Shown piece by piece: positions 21,042 through 34,502 of a DNA stretch of 64,000 nt. Under the pieces are notes generated by a model. That model saw nothing but the letters and a program-made list of their open reading frames with translations, searched no databases and was not told the origin of the DNA. The translations under genes were made by a program, and so were the position numbers. Origin of the DNA: a virus (taxonomy: Duplodnaviria; Caudoviricetes); the IMG/VR virus record IMGVR_UViG_3300032245_000902, positions 26,916-90,915 of that record; one strand, written 5' to 3'. Numbering within the stretch: position 1 is the first letter of the stretch; each line of letters opens with the position of its first letter.

Positions 21042-21383
21042 ATGGCAGCAGCATATCAGGAACTATTTCTAGAACAAGGTACAACATTTACGACCAATAT
21101 TACATTAGATGATATTGATGGAATCCCTTTTGATTTGACTGGTGTTATCGCCAAAAGTCAAATCCGTAAGTCATATTATTCAGCCAATACAACTGCTCAA
21201 TTTACTACCACCATTAACTCTCCTAATACAGGAGTTATTCTATTGTCTTTATCAGCACCAGTCACAGCCAATATTGCGGCTGGCCGATATGTATATGATG
21301 TGGCAATTAAAGACACCGCTAATACCGTAACTAGGGTATTAGAAGGAGTCGTGAATGTTATTCCTCAAGTCACTAAGTTTTAA
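21042..21383 (+). CDS. Virion structural/adaptor protein (BppU-N-like beta sandwich)
   Basis: 'LEQGTTF..FDLTG..SQIRKSY..GRYVYDV..RVLEGVVNV.PQVT' pattern. Confidence 0.6.
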   Translation: MAAAYQELFLEQGTTFTTNITLDDIDGIPFDLTGVIAKSQIRKSYYSANTTAQFTTTINSPNTGVILLSLSAPVTANIAAGRYVYDVAIKDTANTVTRVLEGVVNVIPQVTKF

Positions 21384-21392
21384 GGAACTTTC

Positions 21393-21617
21393 ATGCCAGG
21401 ACAAGTAATCGGAACAGTTAATGTTCAAGTAAACAAACAACAAAACCAAACTGTTCGTCAGTTAAACTATGGTATACGGTCACTCAAAGGATCTACCGAC
21501 CTGTCTTTAACTGATGTGCAAGATGGTGATGTTATAACTTATCAAGCTAATACTAATAGTTTTAAGACTCAATCGATTGGAGAATTGAATCCAGATTTAG
21601 ATGCGGGATTCTTTTAA
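21393..21617 (+). CDS. Small virion protein ending in LDAGFF
   Basis: 74 aa ORF with AAGGA Shine-Dalgarno (SD), coupled to the next gene. Confidence 0.6.
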   Translation: MPGQVIGTVNVQVNKQQNQTVRQLNYGIRSLKGSTDLSLTDVQDGDVITYQANTNSFKTQSIGELNPDLDAGFF

Positions 21618-21814
21618 TGGCCAATACAGTCATTCAAATCCTTCGTTCTTATGCAAATACAAGACCAACATCTTTAGATGACGGTGAATTAGCATATTCG
21701 TTTGCTTCCAATACACTTTTTATTGGTACATCGAATAACCAGATTGTACAAATAGGTGGACCAAATTTTATCGCCAATGTTAGTCCTAATCTGATTGACG
21801 GCGGTGGATTTTAA
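21617..21814 (+). CDS. Mini fibre-anchor protein (N-terminal module plus DGGGF only)
   Basis: Paralogous to the N-termini of 21866 and 24292 ('RS..P.SL..GELAYS.ASNT.FIG'). Confidence 0.65.
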   Translation: MANTVIQILRSYANTRPTSLDDGELAYSFASNTLFIGTSNNQIVQIGGPNFIANVSPNLIDGGGF

Positions 21815-21820
21815 TAAATA
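21813..21820 (+). promoter_or_regulatory. T4-type late promoter (AATAAATA)
   Basis: Late box upstream of 21866. Confidence 0.5.
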
Positions 21821-21865
21821 GATCAAAGTGGTAAAACATTAAACATAATAAAAGAGAGAAAATAA

Positions 21866-23671
21866 ATGGCAAATACCAACATTTTAATCAAACGTTCCAA
21901 TTCAGTTGGAAGACCAGGATCATTACTTGCTGGCGAATTAGCCTACTCGTATGCATCCAATACCATCTTTATTGGATCACCTACCGGCAACGGTGTTGTC
22001 AATGTTGGTGGTCAATACTACACTTCCCAGGTCGATAATGCGACCGCTGCAGCCACAGGATTAACTCTAGTTCGGCGTGATGCGACAGGTAATGCAGCAT
22101 TTAATTTCATTACTGCAAACATCATTGGTACTATTCAAGGTACCGCAAATGCTGCTGTTCAATTAGAGAATTCTAGAAACTTCTCAATTAGCGGTGGTGA
22201 TATCACCGCTTCAGCCGTTGGTTTTAATGGTACCGCTGATGTAACTCTCAATACTTCTCTTAATGCGGTTCCTGGCCTTGGTGCTGGTACATACGGTTCT
22301 ACAACAGCGATTCCAGTTATTCAAGTGGCCGCTAACGGTCGTGTAATGAATGTTACAACCGCAGCAATTACAACATCATTTACTGTTGCCGGCGATAGTG
22401 GTACTCCACAGACTGTTTCTGGTGGTGACACATTAACACTTGTTGGTGGTGCTGGTATTACTTCTGTTGCAAGTGCAACCGATACAGTAACTTTTGATGT
22501 TGATAATACTGTTGTTCGTGCCAATGCATTTACTGGTGGCACACAGACAATCAACACCAATTTAACGATTGGTTCAGGAAAAGATTTAACTGTTACGGGT
22601 AACTTAATCATTACAGGTAACGTAGTATCAGAAAACGTTACGCAATTTGCTATTCAAGATCCATTACTTGTTCTTGGTATTGGTAACTATTACACCGATA
22701 CAAAAGATATTGGTTTCGCAGCACACTATAATGATGGTTCAAATGCTCACACCGGTTTGATTCGTGATTCTAATGCTAGTAAAGAATATTATTTCTTTGA
22801 AGGTTATATACCCGACGTTGATGCAAACAACAACGTAAATATTACCGACCCATCATTTAGAAAATCAAATGTTCATGTTAACTACCTTAAAGGTAATGTA
22901 GTTGCAAACACAATATCAACCGATACAATTACTACGACAGGTAATGTAACAATTGGTGGCAATTTAATAGTTGCTCAAGACATTGTAATTGATGACCTAC
23001 AAGTTGATGTAATTACTGCAAATACATTAACACTCACCAATGCTCTTACAGTACCAAATGGTGGTACAGGTAAAACATCATTTACTTCTGGTCAAATTGT
23101 TATTGGTTCTGGTGTAAATGGTCTTACACAAATTGCTAACTCAACTGTTGCTGTTGGTCAAACTTTTGGATCAGCCTCTTCTGTTGCTGCCTTTGAAACT
23201 GATGTATATGGCCGTGTTGTTGCTGTATCAAATACATCTATTGCAATTGATGCTTCTGCAATTACTTCAGGTACATTACCAATTGCTCGTGGCGGCACAA
23301 ACGGCACATCATTTACTGATAACCAAATTACGTATTTTGATGGCACAAAGATTGCTTCTTTAGCAAACACCACATATACACAGACAGGCACTTTAGCTTC
23401 GAATAACACAATTACATCGATTACTGTTGATGGATTTGGAAGATTTACTGCTGCTACTGTGGGTGCAATTTCTGGTTTGACAGTTGCACAAGGCGGTACA
23501 GGATTATCTACAATTACACAAAACGGTATTACATACGGAAATGGAACAGGTAATTTAGGAGTAACAGCTGCGGCCGGTACTGCTGATCAAACTTGGTCTA
23601 ATCAGATATTAACAGTTACTAATGCTGGTGTTCCTGTGTGGACAACATCATTAGATGGAGGTCAGTTTTAA
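21866..23671 (+). CDS. Tail fibre-like protein
   Basis: 'ILIKRS..GELAYS' N-module, 'L.V..GGTG' fibre repeats, ends LDGGQF. Confidence 0.75.
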   Translation: MANTNILIKRSNSVGRPGSLLAGELAYSYASNTIFIGSPTGNGVVNVGGQYYTSQVDNATAAATGLTLVRRDATGNAAFNFITANIIGTIQGTANAAVQLENSRNFSISGGDITASAVGFNGTADVTLNTSLNAVPGLGAGTYGSTTAIPVIQVAANGRVMNVTTAAITTSFTVAGDSGTPQTVSGGDTLTLVGGAGITSVASATDTVTFDVDNTVVRANAFTGGTQTINTNLTIGSGKDLTVTGNLIITGNVVSENVTQFAIQDPLLVLGIGNYYTDTKDIGFAAHYNDGSNAHTGLIRDSNASKEYYFFEGYIPDVDANNNVNITDPSFRKSNVHVNYLKGNVVANTISTDTITTTGNVTIGGNLIVAQDIVIDDLQVDVITANTLTLTNALTVPNGGTGKTSFTSGQIVIGSGVNGLTQIANSTVAVGQTFGSASSVAAFETDVYGRVVAVSNTSIAIDASAITSGTLPIARGGTNGTSFTDNQITYFDGTKIASLANTTYTQTGTLASNNTITSITVDGFGRFTAATVGAISGLTVAQGGTGLSTITQNGITYGNGTGNLGVTAAAGTADQTWSNQILTVTNAGVPVWTTSLDGGQF

Positions 23672-23709
23672 TTGATGACTATATAATTTTTTTATAATAG
23701 GAGTTTGAA

Positions 23710-24285
23710 ATGGGCAATGAAAAATATTTGAATTATTATGTAGAGATATTAACCAGTACAATGACCGATGCGGTTATTAGGAATATATCTCTACAATCCA
23801 ATGCACGAGTTACTGAAGATGTTATTAACGAACAAGTTAAAAAAAATAATGAATATGAAAATGTTATTGAAGGTTTAAAAAATGAATTAGAATTAATTAA
23901 AATTGATAAAAATCAAGAGTCTGATTCTAAAATTTTAAATCTAGAAAATATTATTAAAGGCCATATAGAAAGAATTGGTGACTTAGAAAAACAACTAAAT
24001 GATTTAAATAATTTAAAAAATGAATATGAAAATGTTAAACATCAAGTAGGTCACCTTGACACTTTTAGAAATGAGTTAAATAAAGAACGTGAGAATCATA
24101 AACAAACTCATAATGACTATGAATTAAAAATTGAAGAATTAAATAATCAAATTGAGTATTTGCAATTAACTCCTGCCAAACGTAAAAAAATAGACGAAGA
24201 AAAAGATAAAGGTTTAGAAATAACAAATCAGTCGTCAGTTTTACCTTTAATAGACGATACAACGAAAGATGGCGGAAGTTTTTAA
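23710..24285 (+). CDS. Charged coiled-coil protein ending DGGSF
   Basis: E/K/N/L-rich heptads; AGGAG SD. Confidence 0.65.
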   Translation: MGNEKYLNYYVEILTSTMTDAVIRNISLQSNARVTEDVINEQVKKNNEYENVIEGLKNELELIKIDKNQESDSKILNLENIIKGHIERIGDLEKQLNDLNNLKNEYENVKHQVGHLDTFRNELNKERENHKQTHNDYELKIEELNNQIEYLQLTPAKRKKIDEEKDKGLEITNQSSVLPLIDDTTKDGGSF

Positions 24286-24291
24286 AAATAG

Positions 24292-25362
24292 ATGGCAAAT
24301 ACAATATTACAGGTAAAAAAATCAGGCGTAACAGGTAACGTACCTTCTTCACTAGCATATGGTGAGTTGGCGTTAAACTACGCTGACGGAAAACTGTATT
24401 ATCGTGATTCTAACAATGCAATCACTTTTATTCAGAGTGGTTCAACAACTGATTCATTTGCAACCATCAACGCAAATAGTTCGTTAATTCTTGCTACATC
24501 TCCAACCGATACTTTATCTATTGCTGCTGGTAATAATATTACCATTTCGGCTTGCACCGTATCAAAAACAATTACAATTAATGCAACTGCATCTAGTACA
24601 ACAGGTGCCACAGGACCAACTGGACCAACCGGACCAACTGGACCAACCGGACCAACTGGACCTAGTGGATCTCAAGGTGCCACAGGACCAACTGGACCTA
24701 GTGGATCTGAAGGTGCCACAGGACCAACTGGACCAACTGGACCTAGTGGATCTGGTGGATCTTTAGAGATTGTAAATGATAATAGTTCAAATAATGTTTA
24801 CTATATTAACTTTGCCAATAATACTTCTGGTAACACAAATACTTTATTCACCTCAAATAATAATTTAACATTCAATCCGAGTACAGGTGTATTAAATGTT
24901 AAATCTTTAGATGTAACGGCAAATTCAAATATATCATCAAAAAGTTATAGTGCTACAGGAACAGGTCAAGTTGTAATTGATTTTTTTCCTAAAACAGTTT
25001 ACAGAAGTGCTTTTTATCAAATACAAATTGAATCAAGTTTAAATTATCATATATTAAATTTAAATATATTACAAAATGGAAGTAATACATTTAGTTCAGT
25101 TTTTGGAGAAGTATATTCAACAAGTTCTTTAGGAAGTTTTTCGTCAGATATTGTTGGAAATAATGTAAGATTACTTTTTACACCTTCACTGGATGGAACA
25201 ATAGTAACATTCATTAGAAATGCAATTGCTCAGTCATCAGCTATTCCTAATGTTCCATCAGCTGATTTAGGTTACATTGGTCAACCAGTTACAATTACAT
25301 TTGATGCTGGATTAGATGATGAAGAAGTTACAGATTCCTTTGATTATGGATCCGTACCGTAA
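24292..25362 (+). CDS. Fibre-associated protein with short collagen segment
   Basis: '[20 protein letters not shown]' N-module, Gly-X-Y run at about 24604-24755, and a '[10 protein letters not shown]' C-terminal domain. Confidence 0.75.
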   Translation: MANTILQVKKSGVTGNVPSSLAYGELALNYADGKLYYRDSNNAITFIQSGSTTDSFATINANSSLILATSPTDTLSIAAGNNITISACTVSKTITINATASSTTGATGPTGPTGPTGPTGPTGPSGSQGATGPTGPSGSEGATGPTGPTGPSGSGGSLEIVNDNSSNNVYYINFANNTSGNTNTLFTSNNNLTFNPSTGVLNVKSLDVTANSNISSKSYSATGTGQVVIDFFPKTVYRSAFYQIQIESSLNYHILNLNILQNGSNTFSSVFGEVYSTSSLGSFSSDIVGNNVRLLFTPSLDGTIVTFIRNAIAQSSAIPNVPSADLGYIGQPVTITFDAGLDDEEVTDSFDYGSVP

Positions 25363-25368
25363 TAAATA
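25361..25368 (+). promoter_or_regulatory. T4-type late promoter (AATAAATA)
   Basis: Late box upstream of the long fibre gene. Confidence 0.55.
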
Positions 25369-25398
25369 CTACATAAAATAAGATTTTTAGGATAAAGA

Positions 25399-28300
25399 AT
25401 GAGCACACAACTACAACTTAGAAGAGGCAATACGGCACAAACCGCTGTATTTACCGGAGCAATTGGAGAGGTTACTGTTGACACAGACCAAAAAACTCTT
25501 ACTGTTCATGATGGCGTTACTCTTGGTGGTAACTATATTGTCAATAAATCTCAGGTTGATGCTAACTTATCAATTATTCAAGGTATAAACAACAGCCAAA
25601 ATACCACGATTACAGCAGTTAACAATTTTGCTGCTAGTGCTTATAATACCGCTAATGGTGCCAATGGTCTGGCTGCTGGTGCATATAACCAAGCAAATAC
25701 AAATGCTGGTGCGATTACTTTGGTTCAAGGTACTGACGCTACACAGAATACTCGTTTGAATAGTATTGAAACCATCAATACAAATCAAAACACTCGGATG
25801 TCTATCATCGAGAGTGTTGATAATACACAAAATACTCGATTAAATTCTATTGAGACCGTTAATGTAGACCAAAATACGGCAATCAGTATCATACAAGGTG
25901 TGAATTTAGGTCAAAATACCACAATTACAGCCGTTAATAACTTTGCTCAAGCAGCTTATAATACTGCAAATAATAAATTTAATTCCAGTGGTGGTACAAT
26001 CTCTGGTGATGTTGCTGTCACAGGTAATTTAACTGTAACTGGCCAAACATTCTATGCAAATGTAACCAATATTAATGTTGATGATAGTTTTATAACATTA
26101 AATGCAAACACGGTAGGAAGTCCTGTTTTTGATGCTGGTATTGAAATTGATCGTGGTACAGCAAATAATGTTTTACTTTATTGGAATGAATTTAGTAAAA
26201 CTTGGGATTATACAGATGACTTACAAAATGATGAAACTATAGCTTCACAGACTTATGTTGGTTCAAGTATATCTTCAAGTATAACTCCAGTCAATCAATA
26301 TGCTCAGTCAGCATACAATCAAGCTAATTCTGCCAATAGTCTTGCAGGCACAGCTTATACAACCGCTTTAGGTGCCAATGGTTTGGCTGCTGGTGCTTTT
26401 AATAAAGCAAATACTTCGTTACAAAATTCTGGTACACAAACACTTAACGGCAATTTAATCATTAATGGTTCAACCAACACAACAGAATGGGCCAATACAT
26501 CCAATGCGTATGTAAGTAATAAATTATACGCTGGTATTGCGCCACAACTCTCTACACCTTTACCAGATTTAATTGCACAATTTACAGGCAATGTTGCATC
26601 GTATGTTCAAATTAACGCTGAGAATATTGATCCAGTAGGCACCGCTGATTATGTGGCCACTGCTGATGTAGGCACAGATACATCATTCTATATAAACTTA
26701 GGTATTGAAAACTCACAAGCTGGTGAAGGTGCTTTTTATCCACTAGATGGATATCTAATAGTTCAAGGTAACACCGGCCAAGTTGGTGGTAATCTTATTA
26801 TAGGAACAACTTCACAAACGCCAGGACAACACACTAAGATTGTTGCTGGTGGTGAAGAAGAATCCAATGTTGTTATACAATTTAATGACGATTTATCAAC
26901 TATATTTTATGGTAATGCAATACCTTCAGTAACTAACTCACAATACTTAGGAAGTTCAACTAAACGTTGGCATAGTTTATATGTTGGTCCTGGTTCTGTT
27001 GATATTGATAATATTGTATTAAGTAATAATAATGGAAAACTTGTAATATCTGGTGCTTCAGACATTGTTATTTCTGGTTCAAGTGTACCTTCAACAGGTG
27101 ATATTTCAAATAAAGCAAATAATGCCTATGATAGAGCTAATGCCGCTTTTGCTTCATCTAATGCAGTAAATGGTTATGCACAATCAGCTTATGCAACAGC
27201 TAATGGTGCCAATGGACTGGCTGCTGGTGCTTTTAATACTGCCAATGGTGCTAATGGACTGGCTGCTGGTGCTTTTAATACTGCCAATGGTGCTAATGGA
27301 CTGGCTGCTGGTGCATATGCACAAGCAAATACAGGAACAAGTATAGCAGAAGCAGCTTTTGCTTTTGCTAACACTTTATCCGGAGGCTCTGCAACCGATA
27401 ATGTAGCAAGAACTTTGGCACAATCTGCCTATAATTCTAGTAACCTAGTAAATCAATTTGCTGCTGGTGCTTTCAATACCGCCAACGGTGCCAATGGTTT
27501 AGCTGCTGGTGCTTTCAACCAAGCAAACACCAATGCTGGTGCAATCAGCATTATTCAAGGTGTCAATTTAGGTCAAAATACCACCATCACTGCTGTTAAC
27601 AACTATGCTGCGAGTGCTTATGCTACCGCTAATAGCAAATTTAATTCATCTGGTGGAACAATCTCAGGTGATGTAAATGTTACTGGTAATTTAAGTGTTA
27701 CTGGAACAACATTCTACGCAAACACAGAACAACTACATGTTAAAGATAACATCATTACATTGAATTCAAATGTAACTGGTGTTCCAACACTTGATGCTGG
27801 TATTGAAGTTAATCGTGGAAGTGAAACGAACACAGTATTGAAATGGAGTGAAACAGATCATGCGTGGGAATTCACTAACGATGGTACAAATTTCTTTAGA
27901 ATTGCTGATACAGGTAGGGTAAATTCTGCGTTTGCTTTAGCAAATACCAATGCTGGTGCCATAGCTATTATTCAAGGTGTCAATTTAGGTCAGAATACCA
28001 CAATTACAGCAGTTAACGACTTTGCTGCTGGTGCTTTCAATACCGCCAACGGTGCTAATGGTTTAGCTGCTGGTGCTTTCAACCAAGCAAACACCAATGC
28101 TGGTGCCATAGCTATTATTCAAGGTGTTGATTTGGCACAGAATACCGCAATCACAGCAGTCAACAACTTTGCCGTTAGTGCTTATAACCAAGCAAACACC
28201 AATGCTGGTGCCATAGCTATTATTCAAGGTGTTGATTTGGCACAAAATTCAGCCATCAGCATTATTCAAGGTGTAGACCTTACACAGAATACCAATATTA

Positions 28301-30777
28301 CTGCTGTTAATAACTATGCCGTTAGTGCTTTCAATACCGCCAACGGTGCCAATGGTTTAGCTGCTGGTGCTTATGCACAAGCAAACACAGCATACTCATA
28401 TGCAACTGGAGTAGAAGTAATTGCTCAAAATGCTTATAATAGAGCTAATGCTGCTTTTGCTTCTTCTAATGCGGTAAATCAATTTGCTCAATCGGCTTTC
28501 AATACTGCCAATGGTGCTAATGGACTGGCTGCTGGTGCTTATGCACAAGCAAATACAAATGCTGGTGCAATTTCTATTATTGAAGGTGTAAATTCAACAC
28601 AGAATACTAGAATCAATAGTATTGAAACAATCAACATCAACCAAAATACTAGCATTAGCATTATTCAAGGTGTTGATCTTACTCAAAATACACAAATTGC
28701 TGGTATTCAAGGTGTTGATTTGGCACAAAATTCAGCCATTAGTATTATTCAAGGTGTTGATTTAGCACAGAATACAAATATTACCGCTGTTAATAACTAT
28801 GCTGCTAGTGCTTTCAATACCGCCAACGGTGCCAATGGTCTGGCTGCTGGTGCTTTTAACACAGCTAATGGTGCTAATGGTTTAGCTGCTGGTGCTTATG
28901 CACAAGCGAATACCAATGCAGGTGCAATCAGCATTATTCAAGGTGTGAATTTAGCACAGAATAACAATATTACTGCTGTTAATAATTTTGCTCAGTCAGC
29001 ATACGATACCGCTAATGGTGCAAATGGTTTAGCTGCTGGTGCTTATGCGGCCGCCAACAGTAAGTTTAGTTCTTCTGGTGGCACAATTACTGGTTCTGTT
29101 ACTGTTACAAACGATTTAACTGTTAATGGTAATGTTTCTTTCGTAGGTAATGTTACTTCTGTTACTGTTACAGGTAATACTGGTCAATTCTTTGGTTATG
29201 CAGCTAACGGTTTTAACGCTTTGTATGCTGGTATTCCAGTAGGTTACTTAATTGAACCACAAATGGTTACACAGTTGAGTAGTGACTATGATGGATACGC
29301 CGGATTTAATATGCAAAATATTAATACTGGCGCCAACTCATCATCAGACTATTTTATTACGGCCGATAATGGATCTCCATTAGATGGATTTTTGGATTTA
29401 GGTCTTGCAGGTAGTAACTATAGTTATGAAGGTTATACTTTATTAGGTCCAAACGATGGTTATTTGATTGTGTCTGGTAATACTGCCACAGGTGGTGGTG
29501 ATCTAGTGTTTGGAACACAACTTCAAAATGATATCATATTTACAGTAAACGGAATCAATACTGAAAATGAAGTTGCTAGATTTACTTCTGCTAACAATTT
29601 AGTAATCAAGTCAAATAATCCAAGTTCATCAAACTCAACAGGATCATTACAAGTTATTGGTGGCGTTGGTGTTGCTGGTAACGTTTATGCAGATGCATTA
29701 TATTCTGGACAAACAAATATATTAACATATGCACAAGGTGTTAATACCAGTCAAAATACTAGAATGTCTATTATTGAAGGTGTTGATTTAGCACAAAATT
29801 CAGCCATCAGCATTATTCAAAGTGTTGATCTTACTCAAAATACCAATATTACCGCTGTTAATAATTATGCTGTTTCCGCTTATGCACAAGCAAATACTAA
29901 TGCTGGTGCGATAGTTATTATTCAAGGTGTAAATTCAACACAGAATACTCAAATTGCTGGTATTCAAGGTGTGGATTTGGCACAGAATTCAGCTATTAGT
30001 ATCATTCAGGGAGTTGATCTTACACAAAACACCAACATTACTTCTGTAAACCAATATGCGGCTTCTGCATATGCACAGGCAAACAATTCTTTAAACTTGT
30101 CAACAGGTGGTGTTGTTGCTGGTAATGTAACTGTAAATTCAGTTATCGCTAACAACTCAATTTACTCACCAGTAATACATTCACCTGCTGCAGCATCCAA
30201 ATTAGAATTGACCGATATTGGCCTTGTTGGTATTACTGTTGCTAGCCAAACATATTACTTTGGTGCTTCTGGTATAGAATCGAGTCAAGGTCTTTTTGGT
30301 GGTTCATTTGGTCGAAATAGATTATCACTAAACAACGAAACGAATTTGTCATCTACCAATTATGATACTGTAAAGATTCAAACAGGTACAGATGGCAATA
30401 TACAAAATGAATTTACATTCGCCAACAATACAGTTACATTACCTGGCGCAATCATTCAGACCAATGCGGCCAGAACAAGTAATACATTTACTACAGGTTC
30501 TACTTCACAAGTTACTGTTGATTCATTCTCAGCTTCCACATATCGTTCTGCCAAGTATCAAGTTCAAATTACATCCGGTGTAGGATACCATGTAATCGAA
30601 TTAAGAGTTGTTCATAATGGTACAACAACATATCTTGCACAATATGGTGAAATTATAACCGATGTATCATTAGGAACTTTTGATGCTGATATTTCTGGTG
30701 GTAATGTAAGATTGTTATTTACTGGTGCAAATGCAGTTTCAGTAGTTAAGTTAGTCCGTGACGCCATAAATATTTAA
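25399..30777 (+). CDS. Long fibre protein with Mtd-like N-terminal domain
   Basis: 'QLQLRRGNTAQ..FTGAIGEVTVDTD..L.VHDG' (Mtd_N-like), many ANGANGLAAGA and IIQGVDLAQN repeats, C-terminal 'DSFSASTYRSAKYQVQI' domain. Confidence 0.8.
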   Translation: MSTQLQLRRGNTAQTAVFTGAIGEVTVDTDQKTLTVHDGVTLGGNYIVNKSQVDANLSIIQGINNSQNTTITAVNNFAASAYNTANGANGLAAGAYNQANTNAGAITLVQGTDATQNTRLNSIETINTNQNTRMSIIESVDNTQNTRLNSIETVNVDQNTAISIIQGVNLGQNTTITAVNNFAQAAYNTANNKFNSSGGTISGDVAVTGNLTVTGQTFYANVTNINVDDSFITLNANTVGSPVFDAGIEIDRGTANNVLLYWNEFSKTWDYTDDLQNDETIASQTYVGSSISSSITPVNQYAQSAYNQANSANSLAGTAYTTALGANGLAAGAFNKANTSLQNSGTQTLNGNLIINGSTNTTEWANTSNAYVSNKLYAGIAPQLSTPLPDLIAQFTGNVASYVQINAENIDPVGTADYVATADVGTDTSFYINLGIENSQAGEGAFYPLDGYLIVQGNTGQVGGNLIIGTTSQTPGQHTKIVAGGEEESNVVIQFNDDLSTIFYGNAIPSVTNSQYLGSSTKRWHSLYVGPGSVDIDNIVLSNNNGKLVISGASDIVISGSSVPSTGDISNKANNAYDRANAAFASSNAVNGYAQSAYATANGANGLAAGAFNTANGANGLAAGAFNTANGANGLAAGAYAQANTGTSIAEAAFAFANTLSGGSATDNVARTLAQSAYNSSNLVNQFAAGAFNTANGANGLAAGAFNQANTNAGAISIIQGVNLGQNTTITAVNNYAASAYATANSKFNSSGGTISGDVNVTGNLSVTGTTFYANTEQLHVKDNIITLNSNVTGVPTLDAGIEVNRGSETNTVLKWSETDHAWEFTNDGTNFFRIADTGRVNSAFALANTNAGAIAIIQGVNLGQNTTITAVNDFAAGAFNTANGANGLAAGAFNQANTNAGAIAIIQGVDLAQNTAITAVNNFAVSAYNQANTNAGAIAIIQGVDLAQNSAISIIQGVDLTQNTNITAVNNYAVSAFNTANGANGLAAGAYAQANTAYSYATGVEVIAQNAYNRANAAFASSNAVNQFAQSAFNTANGANGLAAGAYAQANTNAGAISIIEGVNSTQNTRINSIETININQNTSISIIQGVDLTQNTQIAGIQGVDLAQNSAISIIQGVDLAQNTNITAVNNYAASAFNTANGANGLAAGAFNTANGANGLAAGAYAQANTNAGAISIIQGVNLAQNNNITAVNNFAQSAYDTANGANGLAAGAYAAANSKFSSSGGTITGSVTVTNDLTVNGNVSFVGNVTSVTVTGNTGQFFGYAANGFNALYAGIPVGYLIEPQMVTQLSSDYDGYAGFNMQNINTGANSSSDYFITADNGSPLDGFLDLGLAGSNYSYEGYTLLGPNDGYLIVSGNTATGGGDLVFGTQLQNDIIFTVNGINTENEVARFTSANNLVIKSNNPSSSNSTGSLQVIGGVGVAGNVYADALYSGQTNILTYAQGVNTSQNTRMSIIEGVDLAQNSAISIIQSVDLTQNTNITAVNNYAVSAYAQANTNAGAIVIIQGVNSTQNTQIAGIQGVDLAQNSAISIIQGVDLTQNTNITSVNQYAASAYAQANNSLNLSTGGVVAGNVTVNSVIANNSIYSPVIHSPAAASKLELTDIGLVGITVASQTYYFGASGIESSQGLFGGSFGRNRLSLNNETNLSSTNYDTVKIQTGTDGNIQNEFTFANNTVTLPGAIIQTNAARTSNTFTTGSTSQVTVDSFSASTYRSAKYQVQITSGVGYHVIELRVVHNGTTTYLAQYGEIITDVSLGTFDADISGGNVRLLFTGANAVSVVKLVRDAINI
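27200..27315 (+). repeat. 42-bp tandem repeat (ANGANGLAAGAFNT) within the long fibre gene
   Basis: About three consecutive copies of 'aatggtgcYaatggactggctgctggtgcttttaatactgcc'; further copies are dispersed through the gene. Confidence 0.85.
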
Positions 30778-30806
30778 TATTAATACAATGTAGAAGGTGG
30801 TTTATT

Positions 30807-31382
30807 ATGAGAGGTGATTGGTGCTATTTTGGCAGGCATTTTTCGAAAGAAACCTGCCAAAAAATACTTGATTTAGGATTAAAAAAATCTTCTAAAGATG
30901 CTGTCTTGGGTGTTGATGGTAATACCCAAGACAATGATTGGCGAAGAAGTAAAGTTCGTTTTATTCAAGCAAATGATCCTGAATTTCAATTTCTTTTTGA
31001 TGAAATTTGGAAAATGGGTATGCAAGCCAACCGTGATTGGTTCAATTTTCATGTCACCAATTTGTCATTTATTCAACTAGCCGAATATGATTCTTCATAT
31101 CAAGGCGAATACAAAAAACACCACGATGTATTCTGGATTAACAACGATAAATACCATCGTAAGTTAACTTGTGTTATTCAATTGTCTGACCCCAATGATT
31201 ATGAAGGTGGTGATTTTGAGTTGTTTGATTTGACAGGTGGTCAATATCCAAATAAAGAAGATTTGCGCCAACAAGGTACAGCAATATTCATTCCTTCTTT
31301 CACTCCACATCAAGCACATCCAGTAACAAAAGGTACGAGATATTCTATTGCAGTTTGGTTTGAAGGTCCTAAATGGGTATAA
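30807..31382 (+). CDS. 2OG-Fe(II) oxygenase (prolyl hydroxylase/PKHD-like)
   Basis: HxD ('HHD'), 'RKLTCVIQLSDPNDYEGG', distal His and RxS in 'PHQAHPVTKGTRYSIAVW'. Confidence 0.9.
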   Translation: MRGDWCYFGRHFSKETCQKILDLGLKKSSKDAVLGVDGNTQDNDWRRSKVRFIQANDPEFQFLFDEIWKMGMQANRDWFNFHVTNLSFIQLAEYDSSYQGEYKKHHDVFWINNDKYHRKLTCVIQLSDPNDYEGGDFELFDLTGGQYPNKEDLRQQGTAIFIPSFTPHQAHPVTKGTRYSIAVWFEGPKWV

Positions 31383-31385
31383 AAT

Positions 31386-31942
31386 ATGAATGATTATGAG
31401 TTTGAAAAAGATTATTGGGGTGATTGTTGTAATACATTTGATGAGGACCAAAAGCATTATGTTTATGGCCGTTTGATGGGATTACATCGAGAACATTATT
31501 CATTTGATGTTTTTGGTAAATCAATTCTTGATATTGGTGGTGGTCCAACCTCTATGTTATTAAAAACTAAAAACCTTATAAAAGGTAAAGTGGTTGATCC
31601 AATTAAATATCCAAATTGGACAATGCTGCGTTATTTGGAAAAAAATATAGAAGTGAAAGTTGAACCGGGTGAAAATTTAAATGAGATTGATAATAGTTGG
31701 GATGAAGTTTGGATCTACAACTGTTTACAACATGCTGAAGATCCAGAAAAAATTATACATAAGGCTTTAAAATCTGGCAAAGTATTAAGATTTTTTGAAT
31801 GGATTGATGTGCCTGCACACGAAGGACATCCGCATGAACTTACAGAAGAAAATTTAAATAAATGGATTGGTGCAAGAGGTATGACTACAAGATTATCCGA
31901 ATCTGGATGTTATGGCAGAGCATATTATGGAGTATTCACACG

Positions 31943-31946
<4 letters not shown>
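31386..31946 (+). CDS. Class I SAM-dependent methyltransferase
   Basis: 'ILDIGGGP' motif I and 'DEVWIYNCLQH..DP' post-II motif. Confidence 0.8.
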
Positions 31947-34499
<2,553 letters not shown>

Positions 34500-34502
34500 C
34501 AA

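Noticed and set aside
25399-30777. Diversity-generating retroelement suggested by the Mtd-like N-terminus
   Set aside because: No reverse transcriptase is in the window, and the repeat pairs lie in coding stalks with synonymous, non-adenine-specific differences.
31862-31942. Upstream extension of the glycosyltransferase ORF
   Set aside because: It overlaps the methyltransferase; the ATGA-coupled start at 31943 is more plausible.
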